A DNA stretch of 64,000 bases from Octopus vulgaris (taxonomy: Eukaryota), in NCBI GenBank assembly GCA_951406725.2, contig OX597830.1, positions 62,930,001-62,994,000 on the forward strand, given 5' to 3'. Below, one piece after another: positions 24,511 through 37,958 of the stretch. Under the pieces are notes generated by a model, which had not been told where the DNA came from, searched no databases, and was given only the letters and a program-made list of their open reading frames with translations. The translations under genes were made by a program, and so were the position numbers. Position 1 is the stretch's first letter, and each line of letters opens with the position of its first letter.

Positions 24511-25874
24511 AGTATCTAATAATAATTAATTTGTAGTCAAATAAAATTTATTGAGGGTGTGTGTGTGTAACTATTACTGTACATGTGTGTCTGTTTATTC
24601 ATGCATGCCTGTGCACATGTGACTGCATGTGAGCATCAAGTGGAATTTGCATATGAGAGAGGTCTGCATACTCATGTATTTACATTCGTGTGTATGTATT
24701 GATGTATGTTTGCATGTGTGCATGTGCTTCTCTGCATTCATGTCTTTATGTACCTATGTTTGTTTGCTTGTATGTATGGTGTGTATGCATGTAGGTGTCT
24801 ATTTATGTATGTGTGTATGCATGCATGCGTTCATGTGTGTGTACATGCATGTCCATATGTGCGTGAATGCATGTATAAATGTATCTGTATATAAGTATGC
24901 CTGTATGTATGTGTTCGTGTATACATACATGGAGGCTTTGTTGTGCCTGGCAGTCTACCAACAAAAGGTAACTTACTACAAATACAAGCAACAACTTACA
25001 TTTCCATCAGGTGATACATTAGTAATACTAGTTTGGAGGAGGGGGAGGAAAAGGGGGAGGAGGGGCAACTAATGGAAGAAACAACTATTTTTAGTCATAT
25101 TTCTTTTATTTATCTTGGATAATATGGTAAGTAAGATGAGTGAAGAATTCCTCTGGCAGAATAATCTAAAACTTTTTGTTTGGTACTCATAACAGGTTCT
25201 CAGTTTCATGTCTGTTTTGTCAATATTAGGCGTAGCACTTAGGCACACACACACTCTATTAAAACCTCTTGGTGTCAGGCCTATCTATTATTCCTTAAGT
25301 TTTTAAGTAACCATCGTATTAAAATAGTTAATTTATAGTTAATTGGTTACCTTACCTTTTGAATTATTAATAGTGTGTGTGCATGTGTGAGTGAGTGTAA
25401 AGTCCCCTGGGGAGAGAGAGAGAACATGTGGCACTTTGACAACAGGAGAATAAGAATGGCTATTTTGACCTATCTGGGTCTTATACAGTGTAATTGGAAT
25501 TGTGTGGTTAAGCAATTATGCAAACTGTTTTAGAGTGAATAATTTAGAGCTGCTATTGTCTTGAAAAACATAGTTAAGTTTTTTTTATATATATATATAT
25601 ATATATATAAGCGAAATCGAAATCGAATTGAACCAGCCAGGATCCCTGGTCTGGTGGTACCTAAAAAGCACTATCCGACTCGTGGCCGATGCCAGCACCG
25701 CCTCGACTGGCTTCCGTGCCGGTGGCACATAAAATGAACCCCGGTCGAACCGTCCAACCCATGCTAGCATGGAGAACGGACGTTAAACGACGATGATGAT
25801 GATGATGATATATATATACATACACTTACTCATACATATACATCTGTGTGTATGTGTGTATATATATATATATG

Positions 25875-25917
<43 letters not shown>

Positions 25918-26062
25918 TATTAAGACAATGAAAAAATGCTATCTGATATTGAGGTCACATTCATTACTATTAATATCATTACTATTAATATATATATATT
26001 AATAGTAATGGTATGACAACAAAAGAATGAATGTGACCTCAATATCAGATAGCATTTTTTGA

Positions 26063-26137
26063 TTGTCTTAATAACTGATGAGATGCTGGAGCAGTTTTCC
26101 GCCGGGACATCTGAAACTCGGAGTTTTATTATGGCAA
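26063..26137 (+). ncRNA. Type I hammerhead ribozyme motif (Penelope-like pLTR context)
   Basis: ttgtcttaataa CTGATGA(26075-26081) gatg...catc-t GAAA(26113-26116) ctc-g-gag TT ttattatggcaa. Stem I pairs at 11 of 12 positions including G-U; triplet GUU. Confidence 0.72.
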
Positions 26138-26454
26138 CTGAATAGTTGTCATATATATATAACGGATGCTAAACGATGATGATGATGATGATATATATAT
26201 ATATAAATTTATAAATGAGGGTGAAAAATTGATATTAATTTAATAATACCATTAATTTAACACCGAGTGGCTTAGCACAAAAACTACGGAGAAAATACAA
26301 ATTTATACATAAATTATTAGAGAATTAACCACTATGTGGATAACTCTAGTGCTAAAAATAGCCCCGATAGTATAGCCACAGAAAAAGATGTTTCCAATTA
26401 GAAATAACATACATTTAACGGAAGGAAAGTGAAATATAACGAATAAATAGATTG

Positions 26455-26533
26455 ACCCTGAACAAATTGTTTCATTACTAATGTAATATGTAATTTTACT
26501 TACATAAAGATCTATAAATCATCAGCAGAGGTT
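26455..26533 (-). ncRNA. Type I hammerhead ribozyme motif with long AT-rich stem II
   Basis: Minus strand: acctctg CTGATGA ...tatgtaa-gtaaaa-ttacata... GAAA caa-t-ttg TT cagggt. Confidence 0.55.
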
Positions 26534-26819
26534 TGTCTTAAATACAATTAATTAGACCGACACGAGCGTCAAAAACACGTGCGGTTTAACGAATTGCATT
26601 TTTAGTTATGCCTCAAATTCCCCGCCAAAAGCATGCCAAGACTCTTTGGAAACGTATGCTGCATCAATTAAAATATTTACTGCCGCATAATTAAATTTAT
26701 AAATTTATAAATGAGGGTGAAAAATTGATATTAATTTAATAATATTTATTCGTTATATTTCACTTTCCTTCCGTTAAATGTATGTTATTTCTAATTGGAA
26801 ACATCTTTTTCTGTGGCTA

Positions 26820-26860
<41 letters not shown>

Positions 26861-26944
26861 CACACACGCATGCACGCACGCACGCGCACGCCAGCACATA
26901 AGTGCACAACAAGGTGGAAAAAGATAGTACTCGAATACCAAAGC

Positions 26945-27077
26945 TTTTGTTAAAGCAGCAAAATTCATCACAAGACTGTTACTCAAGTTTCATGTTCCTG
27001 TTTGTTGGAACCTTGTGATGAATGGGAACATGAAACTCTGAGTAACAGTCTTGTGATAATTTTGCAGCTTTAAAAAA
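26945..27077. repeat. Inverted pair (hairpin) of the same pLTR-like family as 6151-6224
   Basis: ttaaagcagcaaaattcatcacaagactgttactc-aagtttcatgttcc pairs with ggaacatgaaactctgagtaacagtcttgtgataattttgcagctttaa. It shares GAAACTCTGAGTAACAG with the 6178 motif. Confidence 0.75.
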
Positions 27078-28253
27078 AGTGTATATATATATATATATAC
27101 ACATGCATGTGTTTGTGTGTCTGTGTTTGTCCCACCACCATTGCTTGACAACCGATGCTGGTGTGTTTACGTCCCTGTAATGTAGCGTTTCAGCAAAAAA
27201 GACCAATAGAATAAGTACTATGTTTACAAAGAATAAGTTCTGGGGTTGATTTGTTTGACTAAAAGGTGGTGCTCCTGCATGGCTGCAGTCAAATGACTGA
27301 AACAAATAAAAGAATATATATATCAAAAGGATGTGTTAGAATATTATTCCACAGCCATACCAACAATCCAACATACCTCCATCATCAGCTACCCCACAGA
27401 TATCATTATGGTTTCGACACCTGGGTTGTACCATTTAATCTCGCAGTGTCAACAGCATGAAAATTAATGTTGTTTGGGAACAAACAAACCAAAGAAACCA
27501 CAACTTTCAAACACATTTACCCTATGAACAACCATATCGGTAAATAAATTCAGTAAGTAAATTACAACCAACTCCTAAATACGTAACTAAACAGCAACAA
27601 ATCTATTAAGTCATACAAAAATTATAACTCCTACTGTCTTCTGTAGTGTAATCATCATCATCATCATCATTTAGCGTCCGTTTTCCATGCTAGCATGGGT
27701 TGGACGGTTTAACTGGGGTCTGTGAAGCCGGAAGGCTTCATCAGGCCCAGTCAGATTTGGCAGTGTTTCTACGGCTGGATGCCCTTCCTAACGCCAACCA
27801 CTCCGCGAGTTTAGTGGGTGTTTTTTACGTGCCACCTGCACAGGTGCCAGACAGAGCTGGCACAGTGGCCACAAACGAATGGTGCTTTTACGTGTCTCCG
27901 GCACGGGGCCAGCCGAGGCTGGCAACGAACACGAGCGGATGGTGCTTTTAAACAGCTTAACCACTAATAATAATAATAATAATAATAATAATATTAATAA
28001 TAATAATAATAATAAACAGCTTAACCACTAGAGATCAGACAAATTTGCATGAGAATATTACTGGTACAGATACGGGATGAATTAATATAAAAGTGAAAGC
28101 TTAATAACCACATTTTTTCAATCAATCAATTTATAGGCAGGATTAAACACTAACTTTAATAAAACTACAACAAATATATATATATATACACACACACACA
28201 TACACACATATACATACATATACATAATCAATTGCTTTCATGTAGAGGAGATA

Positions 28254-28295
28254 ACTTATACATGTTTCAGTCTTGTTCTGATTTCATCAGTGAGT
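28254..28295 (-). ncRNA. Degenerate minimal hammerhead motif
   Basis: Minus strand: actca CTGATGA aatc-agaacaa-gact GAAA catg TA taagt. One mismatch each in stems I and II; palindromic ACATGT stem III. Confidence 0.55.
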
Positions 28296-28888
28296 ATGCA
28301 TTCTATGTGGCTTGTGTGTTATCGCAGTTGGGAGATGATCTGGCTGGTTTCCTGAAGCTAGATCCTTGAATGGTTAAGTCATTTGAATCACATTATTCCA
28401 AATGATCCCATTTCACAATTAATTGTTTAATATTCTGAAGGACATCATTGAACTGTGAAATAATTACAGTAAATGAGCCTTCCTATCTATTCAAGCATGT
28501 CAAATCTATTTTGTGATATTCGAATAAATTAGGTATGGGTGATTTGTTGAAGGCATGTGTTTTTAATTATAGTTAAATGATATAATTTGCATAACTAACT
28601 AATTAACCATTGATATAAAATGAGCTAATCGCAGAAACTCTGCATGGTTGCTTGCCCTTCAAACCACATCTTATTATCTTAAAATAAAAAAGATAGAATA
28701 AATTGGATATTATTGCCCTAAGTATAAGTTATAATAAAAGTTGGGGTTATTTTATTGACCCTGGGAAATTGAAAGGACGAGTCAACTTTAGTGGGACTTG
28801 AACTCAGAATTTAAATTGCTGTAACTAAAAACCACAAGATATCGTTTGATGCTTTATCAAGTTCATTGATCACCATTCCTGGGATAAA

Positions 28889-28919
<31 letters not shown>

Positions 28920-28927
28920 TAGTTCTG

Positions 28928-29305
28928 GGGTGGCTGTGTGGTAAGTAGCTTGCTAACCAACCACATGGTTCCGGGTTCAGTACCACTGCATGGCACCTTG
29001 GGCAAGTGTCTTCTACTATAGCCTCGGGCCGACCAAAGCCTTGTGAGTGGATTTGGTAGACGGAAACTAAAAGAAGCTCGTTGTATATATGTGTGCGTGT
29101 ATGTTTGTGTGTCAGTGTTTGTCCCCCTAGCATTGCTTGACAACCGATGCTGGTGTGTTTATGTCCCCGTCACTTAGCGGTTCGGCAAAAGAGACCGATA
29201 GAATAAGTACTGGGCTTACAAAGAATAAGTCCCGGGGTTGAGTTGCTTGACTAAAGGCGGTGCTCCAGCATGGCCGCAGTCAAATGACTGAAACAAGTAA
29301 AAGAG
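28928..29305 (+). mobile_element. SINE family A
   Basis: Full copy. Further full or partial copies at ~3300-3616(-), 5307-5660, 5910-6150(-), 9855-10060(-), 18750-19090(-), 22840-23230, 32700-33105(-), 58628-58980 and 63803-63957. Confidence 0.85.
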
Positions 29306-29706
29306 TATATATATTTTTTTTTCTATGACAGTTCAACCTGCCAGATATAGCCAAATCTCCCTCAAACCTCACCCAGCCATCTTTAAAACCAAAAGTAACA
29401 CATTGAATAATGTAGTCCTAGGTAAGCTATGTCTGAACAAGTGTTTTGATGGTCATGGTTAGAACACTTTTAATCATGTAGGTCTGCTGGATCGTGACTG
29501 ACCTGGGATGAAACAACAACAATAATGGATGTCAATCAGTAAAACCAAATGCTGTATAGTGCATACTTTTATAGATTTAGACCAAGGTGGACTGTGGTGG
29601 GAGACAATGACATTTTTGACCTTCATATTTTGAATATGAAGAAGAGAGAGCAAGTTTGAGAAGATGGTGCCATTACATTACTTACAGCCAAAATATAAGC
29701 CACATG

Positions 29707-29738
<32 letters not shown>

Positions 29739-30566
29739 AAATGTGTGTGTGTGCATGTGTGTGTATTATTCTTTAACAAGGATAGTATTACCTGTTAAAG
29801 AGGGTGGGGGAGCTGGCAGAATCATTAGCACATCGCGCAAAATGCTTTGTGGCATTTCATCCGCCTTTACATTCTGAGGTCAAATTCCGCCAAGGTCAGA
29901 CTTTGCCTTTCGTCATTTCAGGGTCGATAAAATAAGTACCTGTTGAGCACTGATGTGTGTGTGTCTGTGTTTGTATCCCTGCCGTTGCTTGGCAACTGCT
30001 GTTGGTGTGCTTATCTCCCTGTAACTTAGCAGTTTGGTAAAAGAATAAGTCCTGGGGTTGATTTGTTTGACTAAAACCCTTTAAGACGGTGCTCCAGCAT
30101 GTCTGCTGTCAAATGACTGAAACAAGTAAAAGAATAAAGAATGTATATATATATATATATAAAGTGAGGGTGTGTGGCCTAGTGGTTAGGCTGTTGCATT
30201 CATGATCGCTAGACTGTGTGTTCGATTCCCTGACAGGGTGGCATGTTATGTTCTTGAGCAAAACACTTCATTTCATGTTGCTCTAGTCACCCTTTCGATC
30301 AGGGGTGAGGAATGTTGGCCTGCTCGCCTAGCCAGCAGGGTGGCGTCATTTGAAGGCTAAAACAATGCAAAAGCACATTGTGACCAGCGACGTGTAACAG
30401 CATCTAATAGCCTGGTTGGTCATCTGATCATGTGATATATATATATATGTATGTACATTATGTGTGTGTGTGTGTGTGTGTGTGTATAAAAGAGATGAGG
30501 ACCAAATTAAAGTTTGTCTACGTCTACAATTTTTTCTTTCCTTATACTTCATTTATATATTTATAT

Positions 30567-30597
<31 letters not shown>

Positions 30598-31130
30598 ATA
30601 TGGGGTTTTAGTTCACAGGGTATCTAAACGACTAGGTACGTTAGGGAGGTGCTGTAACAGATTACTAGGGCTACAAGATTTATAGCCGAGACGGTATTTA
30701 TGGAACCATTGTAACTTTCCGATATATATATATATATATATCACTCTATCACTATCACTTTGTCTCTGTCTCCCTCCCTTTTTCTCTTTGTCTCTCATTC
30801 TCTCTCCCCCCCCTCTCTCTCTGTTTTCCTCATCTCCACGTAGAGGTCAAGGTCACACAGCATTAGGCTATTCACTCCTTGCAGCAATTAAACTTAATAG
30901 ACCTTCCTACTAATTAAGTGTTGTTAACTGACACAGATCTTCTCCAGTTTCCTTGGATTTCAGGATTGTGTCCTAGAAAACATGTGAGATAGCCATGACT
31001 GGACTGCGCTTAGCCATTGGTCTGCTCAGTCTCTGCTGTTTTGGGAATAAACAACATTAACCCACTTCCAATCAAGCAGGTTTCATTTCTCTGACACCAA
31101 GAGAAGCTGTTGTTGCTGCAATATATATAT

Positions 31131-31162
<32 letters not shown>

Positions 31163-31999
31163 TTAGCGTCCGTTTTCCATGCTGGCATGGGTTGGACGGT
31201 GCAACTGGGGTCTGGGAAGCCAGAAGGCTGCACCAGGCCCAGTCTGATCTGGCAGTGTTTCTACGGCTAGATGCCCTTCCTCAGGAAAAGGACTGTTATT
31301 GGTCCTGCTAACAGGGAAACCGAACACGGATCCCTACCTCCAGCGTCAGCTGTGAACTTGGAACCTAATGGATGACCAATTATTGCACTTACTCAGCGTA
31401 CCTATTTGTTTAGATCAACAGTGAACTAAACCCCTCATATTCTATGTATATATTTCAAAAGTTAGACAGAGAAGGGAGAAATAGGTGAAACCAGGTGAAA
31501 ACATAATGGACAGAAAAGGGAGACAAAAACGCACTACAAGGAACATTTGCATCTGATTTTCTCATCAGTTGGTTTCCGAGACATCTTAGTGGTTTCATGC
31601 TTTTTAAAATCTAGACTAGTGTTATCTACGAGAGAACCAGAGCATAGAGCTACAGGGAAAGGTTGACAAATGTGTGCGAGGACAGGACAAAATAACATTG
31701 TATGTACAATAAGAAATAACAACAAGATATAACAGGCAAGGAATGGTACATATACAATAGAAAATGTGTTATGGCTGTACAATAAGCAAATGGAGTAATT
31801 ATATGTATACAGTACTAAAACAATACAATACAAATAGAAAAAAGCCTTTTCAGCTATCAAGATAGTCGTAGTGAGGTAGTGCAAAGAAATGGAAAAATCC
31901 TTGACAGACAGAATAAAAATTTGTCTGGTTTGGTCAATAGCAGGCCAAAGTATATATATATATATATATGTATGTTATATATATATATGAAGTGAGTTC

Positions 32000-32432
32000 A
32001 TGGCTCACAGGACGGCCTGCTGTGCTAACCTTGGAACATAAGGTGACCTGCTGTGCTTGAGGAGACCTATTGAGTCAAGTACATCAACGTCAAAATAAAA
32101 TCCAAATGGAAATTGGCACGTAAAACGCACCATCCAAACGTGGCTGATGCCAGCGCCGCCTTGACTGGTGTCCGTACAGGTGACACATAAAAAGCACCAA
32201 CCAATTGTGGCCGTTGCCAGTCTTCTCTGACCCCTGTGCTGGTGGCACATAAAAAGCACCTACTATACTCATGAAGTGGTTGGTGTTAGGAAGGGCATCC
32301 AGCTGTAGAAGCACTGCCAGATCAGACTGGAGCCTGGTGCAGCCTCCTAGCTTCCCAGACCCTGGTTGAACCATCCAACCCATGCTAGCATGGAAAATGG
32401 ACGTTAAACGATGATGATGATGATGATGATGA
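32000..32432 (+). mobile_element. (GAT)n-tailed non-autonomous retroelement family E
   Basis: TGGTTGGTGTTAGGAAGGGCATCCAGCTGTAGAA...CATGCTAGCATGGAAAATGGACGTTAAACGATGATGAT. Reverse copies begin (CAT)n at ~20418, 24109, 27651, 31132, 35925, 44100, 51280 and 52190. Confidence 0.75.
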
Positions 32433-32900
32433 TATAATATTCTTTTCTTTTATTCTTATCCTTGTTTCATTCATTTGACTGTAGCACTGCTGGAGCACCA
32501 CCTTAAAGGGTTTTAGTCAAAAAAAATCAACCCCAGGGCTTATTCTTCGTAAGCCTAGACTTATTCTATCAGTTGCTTTTGCTAACTGCTAAGTTGCAGG
32601 AATGTAAGCACTCCAATATTGGTGGGGGGGGGGCACAAACACAGACGCAAAGACATTCACACAAATATATATTTGTGTGTATGTCTTTGTGTCTGTGTTT
32701 GTCTTTTATCTTTTAGTTGTTCCAGTCATTAGAATGTGGCCATGCTGGAGTACTTCCTTGAAAATTTTTTAGTCAATTAAATCAATTCCAGTACTTAATT
32801 TTTTAAATCCTGGTACTTATTCTATCAGTCTCTTTTACCAAGCCACTAATTCACAGGGATATAAACACACCAACACCAGTTGTGAAGCAGTAGCAGGAGA

Positions 32901-32962
<62 letters not shown>

Positions 32963-33421
32963 GGGCTTCTTTCTGTCAACCAAATTCGTTCACAAGGTTT
33001 TGGTTGGCTTGGGGCTACAGTAGAAGACACTTGCCCAAAATTCCACGATGTAGGACTGAACCCAGAACCATGTGGTTGAGTAACAAGCTTCTTACCACAC
33101 AGCTATATCTGTGCCAAAACACATGCGCATACACACACACATATACACACTATCATGATGAACACTGACATTATATGTCCCCGTCACTTAGCGGTTCGGC
33201 AAAAAGAGACTGATAGAATAAGTACTGGGCTTACAAAGAATAAGTCCCGGGGTCGATTTGCTCGACTAAAGGCGGTGCTCCAGCATGGCCGCAGTCACAT
33301 GACTGAAACAAGTAAAAGAGTAAAAAGAGTATATATGCCTCTCCACACACAGACATACATTCTTATACACTTACATGCACACACACACCCATCTTTTCAC
33401 ATATTCCTACTTACACACATG

Positions 33422-33460
<39 letters not shown>

Positions 33461-33761
33461 CTAAAATGCTAAAATACGTCTTTCTGTTTAAATTAATATA
33501 AAACGAACAGAAATAAATTTGATTTGACATTCAAAGTGTTTTATTTCCCTCCAAAATCAATATTGGTTTTCTCAATTAATGAGATATTTTAGGTCAAGTG
33601 TTATACTTAATTATCATTACAAGATCTTCAGTCAGGAAGGAAATACAATGCCCTTGACCCTTTTTCAGGACCTTTAGTTGCAGGTAATGGTGGGTGGAAG
33701 AATTCCTTAAACCAGTTACACGACCCTACTGCTTCCAGCAGAATGCACTGTTCTTCTAGAA

Positions 33762-34021
33762 TAGTACTTCTCAACCATACTTCACCTATAGACCCCTTTG
33801 ATTGTTTTATTTTACTCAACTGGACCCTCATTGCCATTTGATGTTCAAGAAATCCCCTTATATTGTTATAGTGTGGTGAGAAGCTTGCTTCCCAACCACA
33901 TGGTTCTGGGTTCAGTCCCACTGCATGGCAACTTGGGCAAGTGCTTTCTACTTTAGCTAAAGCCTTGTGAGTGTATTGATACATGGAAACTGAAGGAAGC
34001 CCATCATGTGTGTGTGTGTAC

Positions 34022-34061
<40 letters not shown>

Positions 34062-34399
34062 GTATGTGTCTGTTTGTTTCCCTGCCATCACTTGACAACC
34101 AATGGTGTGTTTATGTCCCTGTAACTTAGTGGTTCAGCAATAGAGACCAATAGAATAAATCCTGGGGTTGATTTCTTCTACTAAATCCCTTGAAGGCAGT
34201 GCTCCAGCATGGCTGCAGTCAAAGGACTGAAACAAATAAAAGAACAAAAAATATTAGGAATTGTGTGTGTAACAAAATATTTTTGTAAAAATATTTTGTA
34301 TGTTGTCGAAATATAACCTATTTCTTGGTTGCAAATTTTAACAGCAAAAGCTTACATGGACCCTCAAAGGTCATATGGACCCTAGTTGAGAACCCAAGG
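33762..34399. mobile_element. Old hAT (Charlie-like) MITE interrupted by a SINE (~33870-34245)
   Basis: TTCTAGAA|TAGTACTTCTCAACC left end and GTTGAGAACCC right end. A related end, CAGTGGTTCTCAACC, lies at ~22287. Confidence 0.5.
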
Positions 34400-35140
34400 G
34401 CCATGTGGTGATGCAAACCAGAAACATGACCCAGCAGTTGCAACAGAATGGACTGTTCCACAAAAGGCACCTGAGGGCCAGGTGTTGGTGTTAAAATGCA
34501 GACACATGACCCAAATACTTGAAACAGAATGGACTTTTCTGCTAAAGGTACCCAAGAGCCTATCATCCAAGTAAGCCTTGGCAGGATTTGAACTTGGGAC
34601 ATAAAGAGTTGGAACGAATGCCATAAGACAACTTGTACAATACTCTAACAGACCCCATATTGGCCTGGGGCTTTTTTGACCTCTGAAAGATAAAAGGTAA
34701 AGTTGACTTCAGTGGGGTTTGAACTCAGAATGAAGTGAACCAGAGTAAAAGCTACAAAGAATTTCATCTGATACTCTAATAATTCTGTCATTCATTGCAC
34801 ATTTTAAGTTAACATGAAACTATATTTGGTCCAGTTGGACTGCTTTACTTAGTCCACTGTGCTTGGACCTATTGGTTCACTGTACTTGGACCTCTTGGTT
34901 CACTGTACTTGATCCACCGTACTTGGTCCATTGTGCTAGGTCCTCTGTACTTTGTCCCCTGTATTTTGTCCTCTGTATTTCATTCTCTGTATTTTGTTCA
35001 CAGTCACAATAAACATTATGACAGGTTCTGCAGACGGAAATACCTTAAAAGCAATGGGAATTCAAGAATTTGAAGAATTGTTGACTTTGTTAGTGAAGAT
35101 GTTGTTGTTGAACCCAGTCCTGATTAAGCATATTTTTTTT

Positions 35141-35478
35141 GTGAAGGCGCATGGCTCAGTGGTTAGAGCATGGAGCTTACGATCGTGAGGTTATGAGTTC
35201 GAGTCCTGGACCGGGCTGCATATTGTGTTCTTGAGCAAGACACTTCATTTCACGTTGCTCCAGTTCACTCAGCTATAGAAATGAGTTGCGATGTCATTGG
35301 TGCCAAGCTGTATTGACCTTTGTCTTTCCCTTGGATAACACTGGTGGCGTGGAGAGGGGAGGCTGGTATGCATGGGTGACTGCTGGTCTTTCATAAACAA
35401 CCTTGCCTGGACTTGTGCCTGGGAGGGTAACTTTCTAGGTGCAATCCCATGGTCTGTCTCGTGACTGAAGGGGGTCTC
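35141..35478 (+). mobile_element. tRNA-derived CORE-type SINE family C (octopus OR-like)
   Basis: GGCGCATGGCTCAGTGGTTAGAGC...GAGTTCGAGTCC, then TGTGTTCTTGAGCAAGACACTT (CORE-like). Other copies ~13485-13813(-) and 39152-39420. Confidence 0.8.
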
Positions 35479-35922
35479 AGCATTAAGCAGTTTTAATGAT
35501 TAAAGGCTTTCTCCCCATGACCATCCTGTTTTCCCCTGAAATCTAATAAAGCAAAAAAACTCAGGACCACCCACAGTATCCAACTTATTATTTTCTTAGA
35601 CAGTACTAAGATGATAATGTGATTTGGTACTTAATTTATTGACCTTGAAAGGATGAAAGGCAAAGTCAACCTCAGCGGAATTTGAACTCAGGACGTAAAG
35701 ACAGATGAAATACTGCTGAGCATTTCACCCAGCGTGCTAACATTTCTATTAGCTCGCCGCCTTCTGGCTTTTATTTCTAGCAATGACTTGTGGTGGTAGT
35801 AGTGGTAGTCATACCAGTGATAATTGTAATGTTTCAATAATAATGATGACACTGATGATGATGATGATGTCGATGATAACGATGACGGAAATGCGATTTT
35901 TTTCAAGTGAGTTGATCTGAGA

Positions 35923-35955
<33 letters not shown>

Positions 35956-36796
35956 TTAATGTCTGTATTCCATACTGGCATGAGTTGGACGGTTTGACCA
36001 GAGCTGGTAAGCTGGAGACCTGCACCTGGTTCCAGTCTTATTTGGCTTGGTTTCTATGGCTGGATGCCCTTCCTAATGCCAACCACTTTACAGAGTGTAC
36101 TGGATGCTTTTAATGTGGCACCAGCATCAAAAACAGTTCCATCCATGAAGTAACCATTTAAACCTTTAGTGTTTAAAGCAGCCAGGCCTAGCCTTTCACA
36201 CCAATCCTACAATGTCATTTTAAAAATCTCAAGACTCTAAGGTTAATTTAAAACAATGTGAATAAATAGGCATTGCATTTAACAGAATAAATCTGAATGC
36301 TAAACTCCCAGAAATTGCTACATTCGCTTTCTATACCTTTCTCTTAAGATTTCTGTCTATTATGAAGTGCCAAAAAGTTTCCTCAGACATCTATAACCTG
36401 ATCATTGACACACCTTCACTCCATGCTGGGCATATGGTCAACTGTGTAAGGGATCAGGTTGTGGAAGTGTGATGGAACTTTCCAAGACTTCATAGAAGAA
36501 AGTATGATTAATAAATGAATGAAAAGTGAATTTAACAGTTTTTGCGTGTTTTCGCTTGGTTTATAGGATTCTTCCATGATGTAACCGTTTATATGTGTAA
36601 ATAGCTGTGTGTCTTTGCATGTATCTATGTATGTCTACATGTACCACATAAAGCTATGTCTGTCTGTGTGTCCACTATTGTCTTCGTCTTGTTAGTAGCT
36701 ACTACTTCCAACCATACCCGAACACAAGAAAGTATTGTCACACACACACACACACACACACAAACCAACTAAGCCACAATACACACACTCAACACA

Positions 36797-36843
<47 letters not shown>

Positions 36844-36848
36844 ATATG

Positions 36849-36890
<42 letters not shown>

Positions 36891-37009
36891 AGAGTTAGAT
36901 ACTATCTGTCTTTGTGGCCGATAGACAGACGGATAGATAGATAGGCCTCTTTTTTCTTTCTCCCTCTCTCTGTCTGTCTCTACACACACACACATGCATA
37001 CATATATAT

Positions 37010-37060
<51 letters not shown>

Positions 37061-37077
37061 CATACATATATGTACAG

Positions 37078-37118
<41 letters not shown>

Positions 37119-37303
37119 TACATACATATGTATATATATATACACATATATACATATATATATATACACATATGTATATATATACATATATATATATAAT
37201 ATATATATGTATATATGTGTATATATGCACGCACACACACACAGAAAGGGAGAAATGCACATACATACATTCACACGTATCATAGTGACAGAAAGACAAT
37301 GAG

Positions 37304-37342
<39 letters not shown>

Positions 37343-37739
37343 CTGGCACCAGGCTTCTTTTATGTTTTCTGTATTATTAAATTTCATATAGTAATTAGTT
37401 TTTATTCATTGATTTCTATAGTACATGGATGTATATGTGTATATGGATGTGTATATGTACGAATAAACGTGTGTGCACGCTTACACCTACACACGCTGCA
37501 CGTATGCTACCATCTTCATTTCTTAAGCCAGTTCTTTACAAATCATTCGATTTTGTTTCTGTTGTTGTTGTTCTTCTTCTTCACTTTCCTTCTTTGTTCT
37601 CCTTCTCTGCTCTCATTCTTCCTTGCTCTTCTTCTGTCCTTCTTCTCCATTCTTCATTCTGTTCTATAACGTCTCTGTTTGTTACTTTCAAACGAAACCA
37701 TTGCGGGCATTGTTGTTGTTGCTGTTGTTGGTCTTGTTC

Positions 37740-37925
37740 TTGCTGCTGCTGCTGCTCCTCCTCCTCTTCTTCTTCTTCTTCTTCTTCTTCTTTTTCTTCT
37801 TCTTCGTCTTCTTCTTCGTCTTCTTCTTCTTCTTCTTCTTATTCTTCTTCTTCTTCTTCTTCTTCTTCTCCGCGTTCTTCTTCTCTCTTCTTCTTCTTCT
37901 TCGTCTTCTTCTTCTTCTTCTCCTC

Positions 37926-37958
<33 letters not shown>

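Larger units (their letters stand above)
25917..26825. mobile_element. Cluster of Penelope-like element pLTR fragments (direct and inverted partial copies)
   Basis: Inverted pair 25917-25965/26026-26074 ends exactly at a hammerhead core. Also a direct repeat ~26203-26248/~26698-26743 and an inverted pair ~26367-26449/~26744-26825, with two hammerhead motifs. No RT or GIY-YIG ORF recognised. Confidence 0.55.

Noticed and set aside
35141-35215. tRNA-like sequences at SINE heads
   Set aside because: A/B boxes are present but they continue into SINE bodies and lack a full cloverleaf; not tRNA genes.
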